From an uncultured delta proteobacterium (GTDB taxonomy: Bacteria > Desulfobacterota > RBG-13-43-22): 64,000 bases of DNA. Location: contig CAWBOS010000012.1 of the NCBI GenBank assembly GCA_963790475.1, forward strand, positions 384,001-448,000, read 5' to 3'. Positions within the stretch are counted from its first letter, which is position 1, and each line of letters begins with the position of its first letter. The notes under the pieces are model-generated. The model worked only from the letters and a program-made list of their open reading frames with translations, searched no databases and was not told the origin of the DNA. Positions 28,863 through 38,947 of the stretch are shown one piece after another. The translations under genes were made by a program, and so were the position numbers.

Positions 28863-29781
28863 ATGATGAAAAGAACAAACCAAAAGGTTTTTTTTGTTTG
28901 TGGTTTTTTGGCGTTTTTATCTTTACTCTGCACGGATCAAACCTGGGCCTCCTATTATTATACCTTCCCCTCCACCCTTACCATCTGCGATGAAGCGGTC
29001 CCCTTGTGGGAACGAAAGGATCCGGGAGCGAATGGACCGGGAATTCACGCTCAATGTCTATGACCGCGGTCAGGTCTATCTATGGTTAAAAAGGAGCAAG
29101 CGTTTTTTCCCTTATGTCGAGGCCCGTTTGAAAGAGAAAGGAATGCCCGATGATCTGAAGTATCTGTTGGTAGCGGAAAGCGCCCTTCGCCCTCAGGCCC
29201 TTTCCACCAAGGGTGCGGCAGGATTTTGGCAATTCCTTGAAAGAACGGGGAAGAGATTCAATCTACAAAAAAAGCCCTGGATTGATGAACGACTTGATTT
29301 GGCCAAATCCACCGATGCGGCTATCAGTTACCTGAAAATATTATACGATCAATTCGGGAAATGGACTCTGGCTATGGCGGCCTATAATTGCGGGGAAGAC
29401 CGGGTTAGGGAGGAAATCCTCCAACAGGGCGAAAATGAATATTATCGTTTGGCCCTGCCCCAGGAGACCGAGCGTTATATTTTTCGTATTTTAGCTGCCA
29501 AAGTTATCTTGAGCGATCCCCTGAGATACGGCTTTGACCTTCCGGAAGAAGAAGGTTATCCCATCATTGAAACAGATTCTGTGATCCTGCAGCTTCCCTA
29601 TCCGGTCCTCCTGCGGGATATTGCCAAGGCCTGCGGGTCTTTTTTTAAGGAATTAAAAGAGCTGAACCCTGAAATTCAGGGATATACCCTGCCGCCTGGT
29701 GTTCATCAACTTAAGATACCGGCAGGGAGGAAACCCCTTCTGGAAAAGCAGTATAAGGATTTCATCAAGAGCACTCCCTAA
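28863..29781 (+). CDS. Lytic transglycosylase (SLT/MltD-like) with one +1 frameshift near 29010
   Basis: The signal peptide lies in the frame of ORF 28779 (MMKRTNQKVFFVCGFLAFL); the SLT domain lies in the frame of ORF 28894 (LVAESAL, AAGFWQF, AMAAYNCGE, LPQETERY). Confidence 0.8.
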
Positions 29782-29841
29782 TCCCGGTGCCTTAATAAGA
29801 AAAATCCCCCCTTTTTACAAATCACGTTATTTTTGATTGAC

Positions 29842-29889
29842 ACGCTATATATAGTGTAGTAATTAAATCCTATATACTATATAAAGCAA
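29842..29889 (+). promoter_or_regulatory. Tandem NrdR-box-like operators overlapping a TTGACA promoter
   Basis: ACGCTATATATAGTGT (29842-29857) and ATACTATATAAAGCAA (29874-29889), starts 32 bp apart; compare the recalled NrdR consensus acaCwAtATaTwGtgt. Confidence 0.6.
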
Positions 29890-29919
29890 AGGTGAACCCT
29901 TTTCCAGGAAGGAGAAGCG

Positions 29920-30105
29920 ATGGAGGAAAAATCAGAAAAACCCCCGTTTTGTTACAATTTAAAACTCCCGGATACCCAGTGTCATCAATGTATCTGGCTG
30001 GAATGGAATCAAAAGGGGTTGAACTGCCTCAACCGAAAACGCATGGTTTGCACCCTTTATATTGAAGAAGTCTTTGGGAATCTGGTGACGAAAACCATTA
30101 ATTAA
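29920..30105 (+). CDS. Small Cys-rich hypothetical protein (61 aa)
   Basis: RBS AAGGAG; five Cys including CxxC; has its own promoter. Confidence 0.6.
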   Translation: MEEKSEKPPFCYNLKLPDTQCHQCIWLEWNQKGLNCLNRKRMVCTLYIEEVFGNLVTKTIN

Positions 30106-30177
30106 TGCCAACCCCATTTCCAAACGATTTTGGATAAGGAAAGGTTCTTCTTGGTATAAAAAATCATTTCTACCCTC

Positions 30178-30879
30178 TTAAATCCGTTTAGTCAAATCCA
30201 GAAGCCAGCGGTGCAGGGGAAGCATATTTTTATAGTGTTCGAAGCACAAATCCACCAATCCTTCTGAAAATAATTCCTCGGAGACAGGCAATTCCACTCC
30301 GGCATAAAGGCCGGAGTAAAGGAGGAATTCGGCATTTTTATGAGCCGGATCATATCCGGGCGGGGTCTTTTTATAATGCGCCTCGCCCACATAATACTCT
30401 TTATTTTTTTTGATGGCCGTAACCGCTTTAGTCAGGGCTGGTCCATACTTGGGATGGACACCAGATTGACGATAGGCCTCCAGCATATCCTTGGGGAAGC
30501 AATATAATCCGACGCCCAGCATAAATTTCAGCGGTTCCAGATGAAAATAGAAACCGGAACATTCCATCCTGGGCCGGGAACCTTCCCAGAACCAGAGGCC
30601 CAGATGAGTCTTATAGGGAGTTTTGTCCGAGCTGAAACGGATATCCCGGTTGAGACGAAAAAGGGATTTATTGACCCGTGGATCGGCCTGGACCCCCGGG
30701 GCGATCGTTTTCAGCCGGTCGCCCATGGCCAGTATGAAATCCCGGGATGGGGCCAGGACCTGTTGTTCATACATCGCCTTGTTTTGATCAAACCACATCT
30801 TGGTATTGTTTTGGGCCAGTTTGCGGAAAAAGGCGACGGTCTGCTTGGAAAAACCGTTAAAAGCGACGGATGAGGTCAT
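30178..30879 (-). CDS. DUF2461 / TIGR02453 family protein
   Basis: FFRKLAQNNTKMWF, FRLNRDIRFSSDKTPYKT, GFYFHLEP. Confidence 0.88.
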   Translation of the reverse strand: MTSSVAFNGFSKQTVAFFRKLAQNNTKMWFDQNKAMYEQQVLAPSRDFILAMGDRLKTIAPGVQADPRVNKSLFRLNRDIRFSSDKTPYKTHLGLWFWEGSRPRMECSGFYFHLEPLKFMLGVGLYCFPKDMLEAYRQSGVHPKYGPALTKAVTAIKKNKEYYVGEAHYKKTPPGYDPAHKNAEFLLYSGLYAGVELPVSEELFSEGLVDLCFEHYKNMLPLHRWLLDLTKRI

Positions 30880-30953
30880 AGGTTTGTTCCTTAGGAGTTA
30901 GTATAAAAGAGTATCACACCTTCGCTGCGATAACACATCAGCGTAGGGTCTGA

Positions 30954-33371
30954 TTACCGGCCGATGTCTGCATCCCCATAACGCATGTCGGGCCAATGGA
31001 TGCTCCCCTCTTCAAAGAGAACGGTAAACACCTGGTCGGGATCGGTGCTTTCCTGAACATTGGGAAGGTCCATTCCGCCGACTCCGGCCGGGACATAAAA
31101 GGTGAAATCCAAAGGGTTCATTTGGCCCTCACGCACCGCTTCCACATACATCTGCGGCCCCTTGGGGTTGGCAAGTCCGGATATCTTGCCCATAAATTTC
31201 CGGTCATTTTGTCGAAAGTCGGCGTAGGTGCACGCCACCCCATAGAGACAGGCGATTCCAACCCTGGCTGGATATTTAAATCCGAAAATGAGTTGCTTAA
31301 GATAACGGTCATAGGCCAGGGAATAGCTGGGCCATTTTCCTTTGCCCCACATAAGACCGGAAACGAAGGGGTCTTCCTGTTCAACCGGGGAAAGGGACAT
31401 GAGCTGGGCAACTCCGCAGACCGAACCATAGACTTGTTCTCTGTTGATGGTATGACCTTCCGGGTTCCATTCCGGATTGGAACAGCGCAGGGAATTGGAC
31501 ATCAAAGCATAAGCGGCCCGGAAAGGTTCCGATTCATTCTCCTCCGCCCGGAGACTTATCCGTAGCCCGCCTAAAAACATGGTTGTTCCGTAGAGCCCTT
31601 TTTTCCCATATTCTTCGTAAGTCACAATGCCGTTGCCGTCTTCATCGTAGGTGTCGAGAAAGCTTTTTTTCAATGAAGTCCCCTGCAGTTGATCCACGGC
31701 ATCCAAGTAGGCGAAAAAGGTTTTCTGCATATCCCAGGGCATCTTGTGAGAGTCGGTATACAAGGCCGTTGTGACGATCTCCTTGAAGTTGTCGCCCTCC
31801 AGATAACCAAGCCTTCCCCGGAAGGAGGCCAGCAGTTGGCCGGTGATATCATCGCTTCCGACCACATAATAAAGTCGTCGGCCCAATCTGCGTTTTTCAG
31901 CCCGCTCGAGACTAAAATCCCGGCTTAATGGGCAGTCGTATCCCTTGGTGGTCATGATGGCCTTTTCTTTAAGCAGGGGCAGGGGAACCGCCTGAGGGAA
32001 GTGGCCGCCGGCCCTGTCCGCCAACCCGGCCTCTTCGGATTCCTTCAGGCCGACATTGCTGAAGATGTAGCGGGCGCAGAATAAATCGGTGGCCACCGGA
32101 TCCAAACCGGCGATGACCAGTCCCTCACGCTCCTTGATGCCCAAGCCGACCCCCGTGTGATCCCTGTTTATAGCTTCCACGGCATCGACAATGTGCATCA
32201 TGAAAATATCCTGTTGGACCACGGCGGCGATGATATCGAGCATGGTACCCGTCAGTCCGCCGGTCTTTTTCACCCGGTAGGTCCCATCGGGATTTTTTAA
32301 GGGGATACTGGTCTTCGGGTCCAATTCAGGGATCCAGACCTGATGGGGAATGGCGCCTTTCATCCCCGGGATTTTCATCTTGGGTGGGGTGGCATATTCC
32401 CAGTTGCAATCGTTTGATCGGGACACTTCCATGGGATAAAGCCCGATTCCCAGATTCTTGATCACATTGGTGAAAAGGGCCTGGGCATGAATCTTTAATT
32501 TAGGCAGGTTGATGAGAATGCATCCCGGATAGAGGACCCGATCGCCGGGATCGGTGGGATCGCCTCCGATTATGACCTTATGGAGAATGATCGACTCGAA
32601 ATTTTCATGGTCCGGGACCGGGATATCTCTTCCTTTGGACATGTCGTCGCAGATTCGGTTCAGGTCGTAGACCATCAGCTTATCTTGGACCTTCCCTGGA
32701 GGCAGATAGGTACCAGCCATGCTTTCTTCCAACCCTTTCATCGGATCATCTCCTCGGGAGGATTCGGAGACCTCGGAAAGGTACTTGCGGACGAAATAGA
32801 ATCCAAAGCCGCCGTAAAAATCATCGGACCGGCCTTCAATGGCCGCCTCGGTGGTCACGGGGCGGCCTGTCTTTTTAAGATGCCGAAAGCCGGCGGTAAT
32901 TCCTGACATGGCTGTGGCGGCCTCCCCGATACACATCTGATAGTAGCTGATGCCGGCCTTATCGTGGAACCACCTCATCCCAGCGGCGACAAAGGCCCAT
33001 TCCGTGATGGCGGAGCTGCCGGGGCTGGGTCCGAAGGTATAGGGCTCAAAGCTCTCGACAGAAACGATGTTCGGTTTGAAAAGAAGTTTCTGCCCCTTTT
33101 GGAGTCTTTCATTGATTCGGGAAAGGAAGGGGGTTTCCTGCTCCAAGGCCGACAAAGCCCTATCCAGGTTTTCATAGGTATAATTGATCTTGGTTTTGAT
33201 CTCTCCCCAGGCTGCCTTATCGGAATCACGAATGAATTTTTGGAGCAGGAGACCAATCCCACCGTAGGCCTTATCGACATCCATCCGGGCAACGGCCACG
33301 GCTGAGCCTTTGCTGTCTATCTTCCCATCACCTATGGCCGTATGAACCCGGCCGTCGGTTGCTTTATTCAT
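30954..33371 (-). CDS. Large DUF362-domain protein with an EF-hand-like motif
   Basis: LLFKPNIV, IGEAA, INLPKLKIH..TNVIKNLGIG, DPVATD (DUF362); DEDGNGIVTYEE (EF-hand loop). Confidence 0.75.
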   Translation of the reverse strand: MNKATDGRVHTAIGDGKIDSKGSAVAVARMDVDKAYGGIGLLLQKFIRDSDKAAWGEIKTKINYTYENLDRALSALEQETPFLSRINERLQKGQKLLFKPNIVSVESFEPYTFGPSPGSSAITEWAFVAAGMRWFHDKAGISYYQMCIGEAATAMSGITAGFRHLKKTGRPVTTEAAIEGRSDDFYGGFGFYFVRKYLSEVSESSRGDDPMKGLEESMAGTYLPPGKVQDKLMVYDLNRICDDMSKGRDIPVPDHENFESIILHKVIIGGDPTDPGDRVLYPGCILINLPKLKIHAQALFTNVIKNLGIGLYPMEVSRSNDCNWEYATPPKMKIPGMKGAIPHQVWIPELDPKTSIPLKNPDGTYRVKKTGGLTGTMLDIIAAVVQQDIFMMHIVDAVEAINRDHTGVGLGIKEREGLVIAGLDPVATDLFCARYIFSNVGLKESEEAGLADRAGGHFPQAVPLPLLKEKAIMTTKGYDCPLSRDFSLERAEKRRLGRRLYYVVGSDDITGQLLASFRGRLGYLEGDNFKEIVTTALYTDSHKMPWDMQKTFFAYLDAVDQLQGTSLKKSFLDTYDEDGNGIVTYEEYGKKGLYGTTMFLGGLRISLRAEENESEPFRAAYALMSNSLRCSNPEWNPEGHTINREQVYGSVCGVAQLMSLSPVEQEDPFVSGLMWGKGKWPSYSLAYDRYLKQLIFGFKYPARVGIACLYGVACTYADFRQNDRKFMGKISGLANPKGPQMYVEAVREGQMNPLDFTFYVPAGVGGMDLPNVQESTDPDQVFTVLFEEGSIHWPDMRYGDADIGR

Positions 33372-33508
33372 TGGCTCTTCTCCTTTTGAGTTAAGGGTAA
33401 AGGATTCAGATATTTTTGTACCAACGTTTTATTTTACATCTCCGCACGGATTTTAAAAGCTTTTTTTGCGAAAATGGGTATTGGATGACTTTTTGAAGGT
33501 TATCGGAT

Positions 33509-33919
33509 TTATTGTTTCATTCTGCCGCAACTATAGCAATATCCTTTATGCACACAAACAGTGCCCCCGCATTCAGAACAAGCCCATCTTGATTTTTCAT
33601 CGGCAACAAATTTTTTAAGACCAAAATTTTTAATATGCTCAAGATTTTCAATCATGCTCATCCTGTATTTGGTTCGATATCTTTTATCCAAATGTTTTAA
33701 TCGGTCACAGGGAAACCTTTCGCACTCAAAACAAAATAACGATTTTCGTCCTTTGAAAGTTGAACAGTTTTTGATTTTGCATTGAGAGCGAGTAACCGGC
33801 TTATGAAGGTCAATTCCCCGACAACCGGGGCATTTATTTTTTACCCTTAAATGGGCCATGCAAATACCACAATTCATCCCACAGGGCGCAACGAGTGACA
33901 ATTTAGTGGAGGATTTCAT
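33509..33919 (-). CDS. DUF3795 Cys-rich protein
   Basis: APCGMNCGIC, CPGC, CKIKNC, FCFECERFPC, CSECGG..CYSCG. Confidence 0.8.
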   Translation of the reverse strand: MKSSTKLSLVAPCGMNCGICMAHLRVKNKCPGCRGIDLHKPVTRSQCKIKNCSTFKGRKSLFCFECERFPCDRLKHLDKRYRTKYRMSMIENLEHIKNFGLKKFVADEKSRWACSECGGTVCVHKGYCYSCGRMKQ

Positions 33920-34094
33920 AATATTTATCCGACAAAAGCCATCCTATAATAATTTGAGGTTGATGGTGACTTCCATACTGGGAGAATCCACCTGAAATTT
34001 GATACCTTACACTTTATTTTATTGTTTTAATTTCGGGCCCGACCAGACATTTTTCGCTTCGATTAAAAGACCAGGATTGCCTTTTTATAAGCCT

Positions 34095-34637
34095 TTAATC
34101 CTGTCCAATCAATATCTTTTCTCCAGAATAATTTGGCAACTTTCCCCCTTTCTCCTTGGCGATAAGATGAGGAATCAAGCCGCGGTCGGCGATGATCTCC
34201 AGAAGAAAGTCCGGCAGCCGGGACCCTGAGAATTCCATGACTTTCGCCGGTATTCTTATTTTACCCGAAGTAGGATGAATTTCAACAGTATCTCCCTGTT
34301 GCACCTGTTCGTAGACAGCCGCGCACTCCAAAACGGGAATCCCCAGGTTAATAGCGTTTCGAAAAAAGATCCTGGCAAAACTGACGGCCACTATGGCTTT
34401 GATCCCCAGGTCCCGGAGGACGGCGGGGGCCTGTTCCCGGCTTGAGCCGCACCCGAAATTTCGGCCGCCTACAATCACACCTCCCGGATTGACCTTGCCG
34501 GCGAATTCCGGATCGATCGGCTCCATGGCCTTTTCCTTCATTTCTTCCAGGGGCAGAATCAGGTAACGTGCGGGAATAATGATGTCCGTATCGATCCCAT
34601 GGCCAAATTTCCAAATTTTTCCGATTATCACTGACAT
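34095..34637 (-). CDS. leuD: 3-isopropylmalate dehydratase small subunit (LeuD/HacB family)
   Basis: [48 protein letters not shown]. The real start is probably ATG 34637 (or 34646), not 34979. Confidence 0.88.
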   Translation of the reverse strand: MSVIIGKIWKFGHGIDTDIIIPARYLILPLEEMKEKAMEPIDPEFAGKVNPGGVIVGGRNFGCGSSREQAPAVLRDLGIKAIVAVSFARIFFRNAINLGIPVLECAAVYEQVQQGDTVEIHPTSGKIRIPAKVMEFSGSRLPDFLLEIIADRGLIPHLIAKEKGGKLPNYSGEKILIGQD

Positions 34638-34653
34638 TTTCCTCATCCTTTCT

Positions 34654-35889
34654 TCATCCCCGAGGGTCTTCAATCCGTCCGGCAATGGCCGATACGGCCA
34701 CAGTCTCGGGTGATGCCAGATAAACTTTGGAATCTTTGTGACCCATTCTGGCTTTAAAATTTCTGTTGTGGGTTCCGACGCAAACCTCGCCCTCCGACAA
34801 CATCCCCTGCCCCCCGAAACAGGCAGAACACCCGGGGTTGCAGACCACGGCCCCGGCTTCAATAAAGATTTGGATAAGCCTTTCCGTAACGGCTTGAATA
34901 AAAATGTCCTGTGAGGCAGGGGTAACCAGAAGGCGGACTTCGGGATGGATCTTCTTCCCTTTGAGTATTTGGGCCGCAATCCGTAAATCCCCGATCCTTC
35001 CGTTAGTGCAAGACCCGATAAAGGCCTGGTCGATCCGGGTTCCCCGGACTTCTTCCACGGGGACGACCTGGTCCACCGACCAGGGGCAGGATATCTGCGG
35101 ACTTAACCGATCCAGGGCAATAGTCATTTGCCGGCAATATTCGGCATCCGGATCGCTCTTGAAAAAAATGCCCTTTCCCTCCCGGGCTCGTGTGAATTTC
35201 AAGGTTACTTCATCAGGTTCAAAGATGCCTGTCTTAGCCCCGGCCTCGATGGCCATGTTGCACATAGTAAGGCGTCCTTCGTTGGGAATACCGGCAACTC
35301 CTCCCCCGGAGAACTGGAGGGCCTGGTAGGCGGCCCCCTCGGCTCCAAGGTCCCCGATCACCTTTAAGATGATATCTTTCGGGTGCAAGTGGTCGGGTAG
35401 TTTGCCCTGGAGTTCGATTCGTATAGTTTCCGGAATTTTTAGCCATATCTCTCCGGTTGCCATAACAGCGGCCCCGTCGGTGGACCCCACACCGGTAGCG
35501 AAGGCTCCAATACCCCCATAGGTGCAGGTGTGTGAATCGGTGCCGATGACCAGATCGCCGGGTAATACAAATTTTTCCACCATTAGCTGATGACAGACGC
35601 CCTGTTGGTCAAACAAGTGCAGGCCGTATTTTCTGGCGAAATCCCGGAGCAGCTTATGTGTTCTGGCCGCATTTTCCGTGGTCGCCGGGATGTAATGGTC
35701 CAGCACAACAGCGATCCGGTCCTTGTCCCAGGGCATCCTTCCCAGGGTTTCAAAGGCCTGAACCGTCAATTCACCCACGGCATCGTTGGTCATCAAAAAC
35801 GACACCCGGGCGTTGACGATTTCTCCGGCCGATAAATCCCGGCTCCCGCCGGCCTGATTAAGAATTTTTTCCAAGATGGTCTTTCCCAT
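34654..35889 (-). CDS. leuC: 3-isopropylmalate dehydratase large subunit (LeuC/HacA family)
   Basis: MGKTILEKIL (RBS AGGAGG), GVCHQ, DSHTCTYG, CNMAIEAGAK, FIGSCTNGR, PGCSACFG, THNRNF. Confidence 0.9.
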   Translation of the reverse strand: MGKTILEKILNQAGGSRDLSAGEIVNARVSFLMTNDAVGELTVQAFETLGRMPWDKDRIAVVLDHYIPATTENAARTHKLLRDFARKYGLHLFDQQGVCHQLMVEKFVLPGDLVIGTDSHTCTYGGIGAFATGVGSTDGAAVMATGEIWLKIPETIRIELQGKLPDHLHPKDIILKVIGDLGAEGAAYQALQFSGGGVAGIPNEGRLTMCNMAIEAGAKTGIFEPDEVTLKFTRAREGKGIFFKSDPDAEYCRQMTIALDRLSPQISCPWSVDQVVPVEEVRGTRIDQAFIGSCTNGRIGDLRIAAQILKGKKIHPEVRLLVTPASQDIFIQAVTERLIQIFIEAGAVVCNPGCSACFGGQGMLSEGEVCVGTHNRNFKARMGHKDSKVYLASPETVAVSAIAGRIEDPRG

Positions 35890-35986
35890 GTTCCATAGCC
35901 TCCTGGTTTCATTTTTTTGCCAATCCCGATCTTGCGGACTCCGACAGTGCCGGGACTGAATTTCCTTCGACAATAAGGAAATTTTT

Positions 35987-36040
35987 TTATTGCGTAAAGT
36001 GATATGTTTTCAATATAATGATGTATAATATGCAACAACG
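35987..36040. promoter_or_regulatory. IlvY-type tandem LysR operators and divergent promoters
   Basis: Minus strand GTTGCATATTATACAT ... ATATCACTTTACGCAATAA, similar to the recalled E. coli ilvY-ilvC O1/O2 region (ATATCAATTTCCGCAATAA). Confidence 0.6.
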
Positions 36041-36060
36041 AAATTTTAAAGGCATTCGAT

Positions 36061-36933
36061 ATGGACCAATATTCATTAAAATTGTTTCTTCATCTGACGG
36101 AAACGCTTCATTTTGGAAAAACCAGTCAGGCCGGTAATATCAGTCCGTCGGCCCTCAGCCGGCAGATACAACGGATGGAAGAAGAGGTGGGGCAAAGGTT
36201 GTTTGAACGGGACAACCGGATAGTGCAGCTTACCCGGGCGGGTCTTCTTTTCCGGGATTACGCTAAAACCGTTCTGGAAAAATGGCAGTCCCTTAGGGAT
36301 GATCTGATGGTGGAAGAAGGGAGCCTGAAAGGGGAAATAAGTCTCTATTGCTCGGTAACGGCCAGCCTGAGCATCCTCCCCGATCTACTGAATGCTTTTC
36401 GAACCGCCTATCCGGCCGTCCATATTCGTTTGCAGACCGGCGATGCCGGCATGGCCATACAAAAAGTGGTAGAAGGGGAGACGGACATCGCCGTGTCCGC
36501 CTTGCCGGAACGTATTCCAAAAGAACTAATGTTCAAGGTCTTGACTGAAACGGCTTTGGTGTTTGTCGCTCCCAAAAATCCCTGGGAATTCTCCGGGTCC
36601 CTTAAGAAGGAAATCCCCTGGAAAAAAATTCCTATAATAATATCTGAGCATGGACTGGCCCGAAAGAGGATTGATGCCTGGTTTAAGAAAAAGGGGATTC
36701 AACCGAATATCTATGCCCAGGTGGCCGGAAATGAGGCCATCCTTTCCATGGTCAGTCTAGGGTGCGGGATCGGGGTCGTCCCACGGCTCGTTTTTGAAAA
36801 CAGCCCCTTACAAAAAAATATTTCCATTCTTGATATCAAACCGGAACTGACTCCTTATGCCGTTGGTATCTGTATCCGGAAAAGAAAAATAAACTCCCGG
36901 CTGGTCCGAGCCTTTTGGGAGGTCAGGGATTAA
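36061..36933 (+). CDS. ilvY: LysR-family activator IlvY
   Basis: LFLHL..LHFGKTS..SPSALSRQIQR, LFERDNR, YCSVTAS, LQTGDA, NIYAQVAGNEAILSMVSLGCGIGVVP are IlvY-like. Confidence 0.8.
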   Translation: MDQYSLKLFLHLTETLHFGKTSQAGNISPSALSRQIQRMEEEVGQRLFERDNRIVQLTRAGLLFRDYAKTVLEKWQSLRDDLMVEEGSLKGEISLYCSVTASLSILPDLLNAFRTAYPAVHIRLQTGDAGMAIQKVVEGETDIAVSALPERIPKELMFKVLTETALVFVAPKNPWEFSGSLKKEIPWKKIPIIISEHGLARKRIDAWFKKKGIQPNIYAQVAGNEAILSMVSLGCGIGVVPRLVFENSPLQKNISILDIKPELTPYAVGICIRKRKINSRLVRAFWEVRD

Positions 36934-37235
36934 AACAAGTTTTCTGCCAAAAAACTTTTACATGAAATCAGTCAACTCTACCTCCAACAAGCCCATAGCT
37001 CCTCACGACCCACACCGGTAACAGCCAGTTCTTTCCCTCACCTCGGAAGCTTGTATTCGATGTGCCAGTTATCATGAGTTGGCCCTGAAGATAAAAAAGA
37101 GGCCTTTGGATAGGGGTTGTTCTAAGGAAAAACAAAAGGAATGCGTTACTGAAGAATGCCAAAATTAACTGAGGCTAAAAGCCTATGGTTTTGGGAGGGC
37201 TTTGGAAAAAATCTAGAAAGTTGGAAGTGGTTGAT

Positions 37236-38573
37236 CTAAGAGTATTCTCTTGTCCTGCCATAAGCCGAAATTCCCCGCAGAGGCTGTGGAGGTCTAGCGA
37301 AGAAAACAGCCACAATTGCCGACAGGCTGGTTATCCCAAAGATAGTGAAGGCGATTCGGTAATCGTGGGTAGCGTCAAAAATAAGACCGGCAATGGTCGG
37401 GCCGAAAGCAGCCCCCAGTTGGGTAAACAATCCGGAAAAACCGATTATCCTGCCGAAGGAAACCATGCCGAAACAATCGCCGACCAGAAGAGACTGCATC
37501 ATAACGATTCCGCCCATAGTCAGACCGAAGGCAAAGGTACCCAGGTAAAGAACCGCCACCTGGTGGAATCGGGCCATAAAAAGAACGGCTATCCCCTGGA
37601 TTAAAAAACAAAATATCGCCACAAACCGCTTATCAAAGCGGTCGGCGATAGATCCAAGAAATAGACGACTGATAATACTGGCCCCGGTCGTAACACTCAC
37701 CGCCTTGGCCGCCCCGGCTACACCCAGGGTCAGACTTAAGAAAGAGACCTGGTGCACGAGAAAGGCGAGCTGGCCGGTCATGGCCAGCAAAAAACCTATG
37801 ACAATGGCCCAGAAGGCGGTGGTGTGCATCGCTTCAACCCGTGTCCAGACACGCATCTGGGGACCAAAGGAGATCCGTCTGCCTGATGAGTCAACGGATA
37901 AGGGAACCTTCTGCCGGCCATCGGGGAATTGGCCCACATCTGCCGGATGTTGTTTTATAAGGAATGAAGCGATTGGTATGATCACCAGGCAAAACAGCCC
38001 CCCCAGGGTGGGTAATGCCGTCCGGAGACCCCAATGGGAGATCAGGTAAACGGTAAAAGGCACCATGATCATTCCCCCCAGGCTTAATCCACTCATGGTC
38101 AATCCCATAGCCAACCCTCTCTTCGAGACAAACCAATTGGCGATTAAGGTGGTAATTGTCATCGGGGACGCACAACTGGTTCCCACAGCCAGGAACAGGT
38201 AGACCGCATACAATTGCCAGAGTTGGGTTATACGGCTCAAGAGAAAGAACCCAATTCCGGTAATAATAGAACCCAGAATAAGAAGAGGTTTGGAGCCGAA
38301 CCGATCAATGGCCTGCCCAACCACCATACCCAAGACCCCGGAGACGGCAAAATACATAGTAAGTGCGGTTGAGATAGTGCCTTTGGACCATCCGTAATGG
38401 ATCCTCAGGGGGTCTAAGATAGCACCGTGGCTGTAAAAACCAATGCCGCAGGAAAAAACCAGGGTAATTGTACTCCCTAAAACGATCCACCAACCGTAAA
38501 AAACGCGTCGGGGCATAGGAGGGGTTGGTCCTACCGGCGGAGTGGAAGATGAATTTTTATCAGATTCAGACAT
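37236..38573 (-). CDS. MFS transporter (oxalate/formate antiporter-like)
   Basis: VFYGWWIV, about 12 hydrophobic segments, GQAIDRFGSK, WFVSKRGLAMG, GSIADRFDKR. Confidence 0.88.
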   Translation of the reverse strand: MSESDKNSSSTPPVGPTPPMPRRVFYGWWIVLGSTITLVFSCGIGFYSHGAILDPLRIHYGWSKGTISTALTMYFAVSGVLGMVVGQAIDRFGSKPLLILGSIITGIGFFLLSRITQLWQLYAVYLFLAVGTSCASPMTITTLIANWFVSKRGLAMGLTMSGLSLGGMIMVPFTVYLISHWGLRTALPTLGGLFCLVIIPIASFLIKQHPADVGQFPDGRQKVPLSVDSSGRRISFGPQMRVWTRVEAMHTTAFWAIVIGFLLAMTGQLAFLVHQVSFLSLTLGVAGAAKAVSVTTGASIISRLFLGSIADRFDKRFVAIFCFLIQGIAVLFMARFHQVAVLYLGTFAFGLTMGGIVMMQSLLVGDCFGMVSFGRIIGFSGLFTQLGAAFGPTIAGLIFDATHDYRIAFTIFGITSLSAIVAVFFARPPQPLRGISAYGRTREYS

Positions 38574-38947
38574 GCGCTTTTTTCATTAATAAAATAATTA
38601 CTTAGGATGGCCTCGCCTCTAATTTTTTCTAAGATGGGAGGCAGGCCCTGCTGTCAAATCACCTAAAAGTTTGGACCGGTTTTTCGACCAAAAGAGGGTT
38701 TCAGATAATTCTAAAGAAAAAAATCTTGCCGGACTTTTAGTGGGATTTATCGAATATGGTGAGGACTTTTTTCTGCGTGATTGCCCTTTATTATCTTCGA
38801 ACCTTTATAATATACATTGTTTCCGGAAAAAAACAAGGAGTTCTTTAAGAAGGATTAATTTCGATCACCTTATTCCCTTGACCGGATTTAGTTTTCCGCT
38901 CTCGAGGTCAACAAACCTCCTGCGCACAACCCAGCGCGGATCTTTCC

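Noticed and set aside
37040-37095. CIRC-like ferredoxin fragment in the intergenic region
   Set aside because: Too short and degenerate to support.
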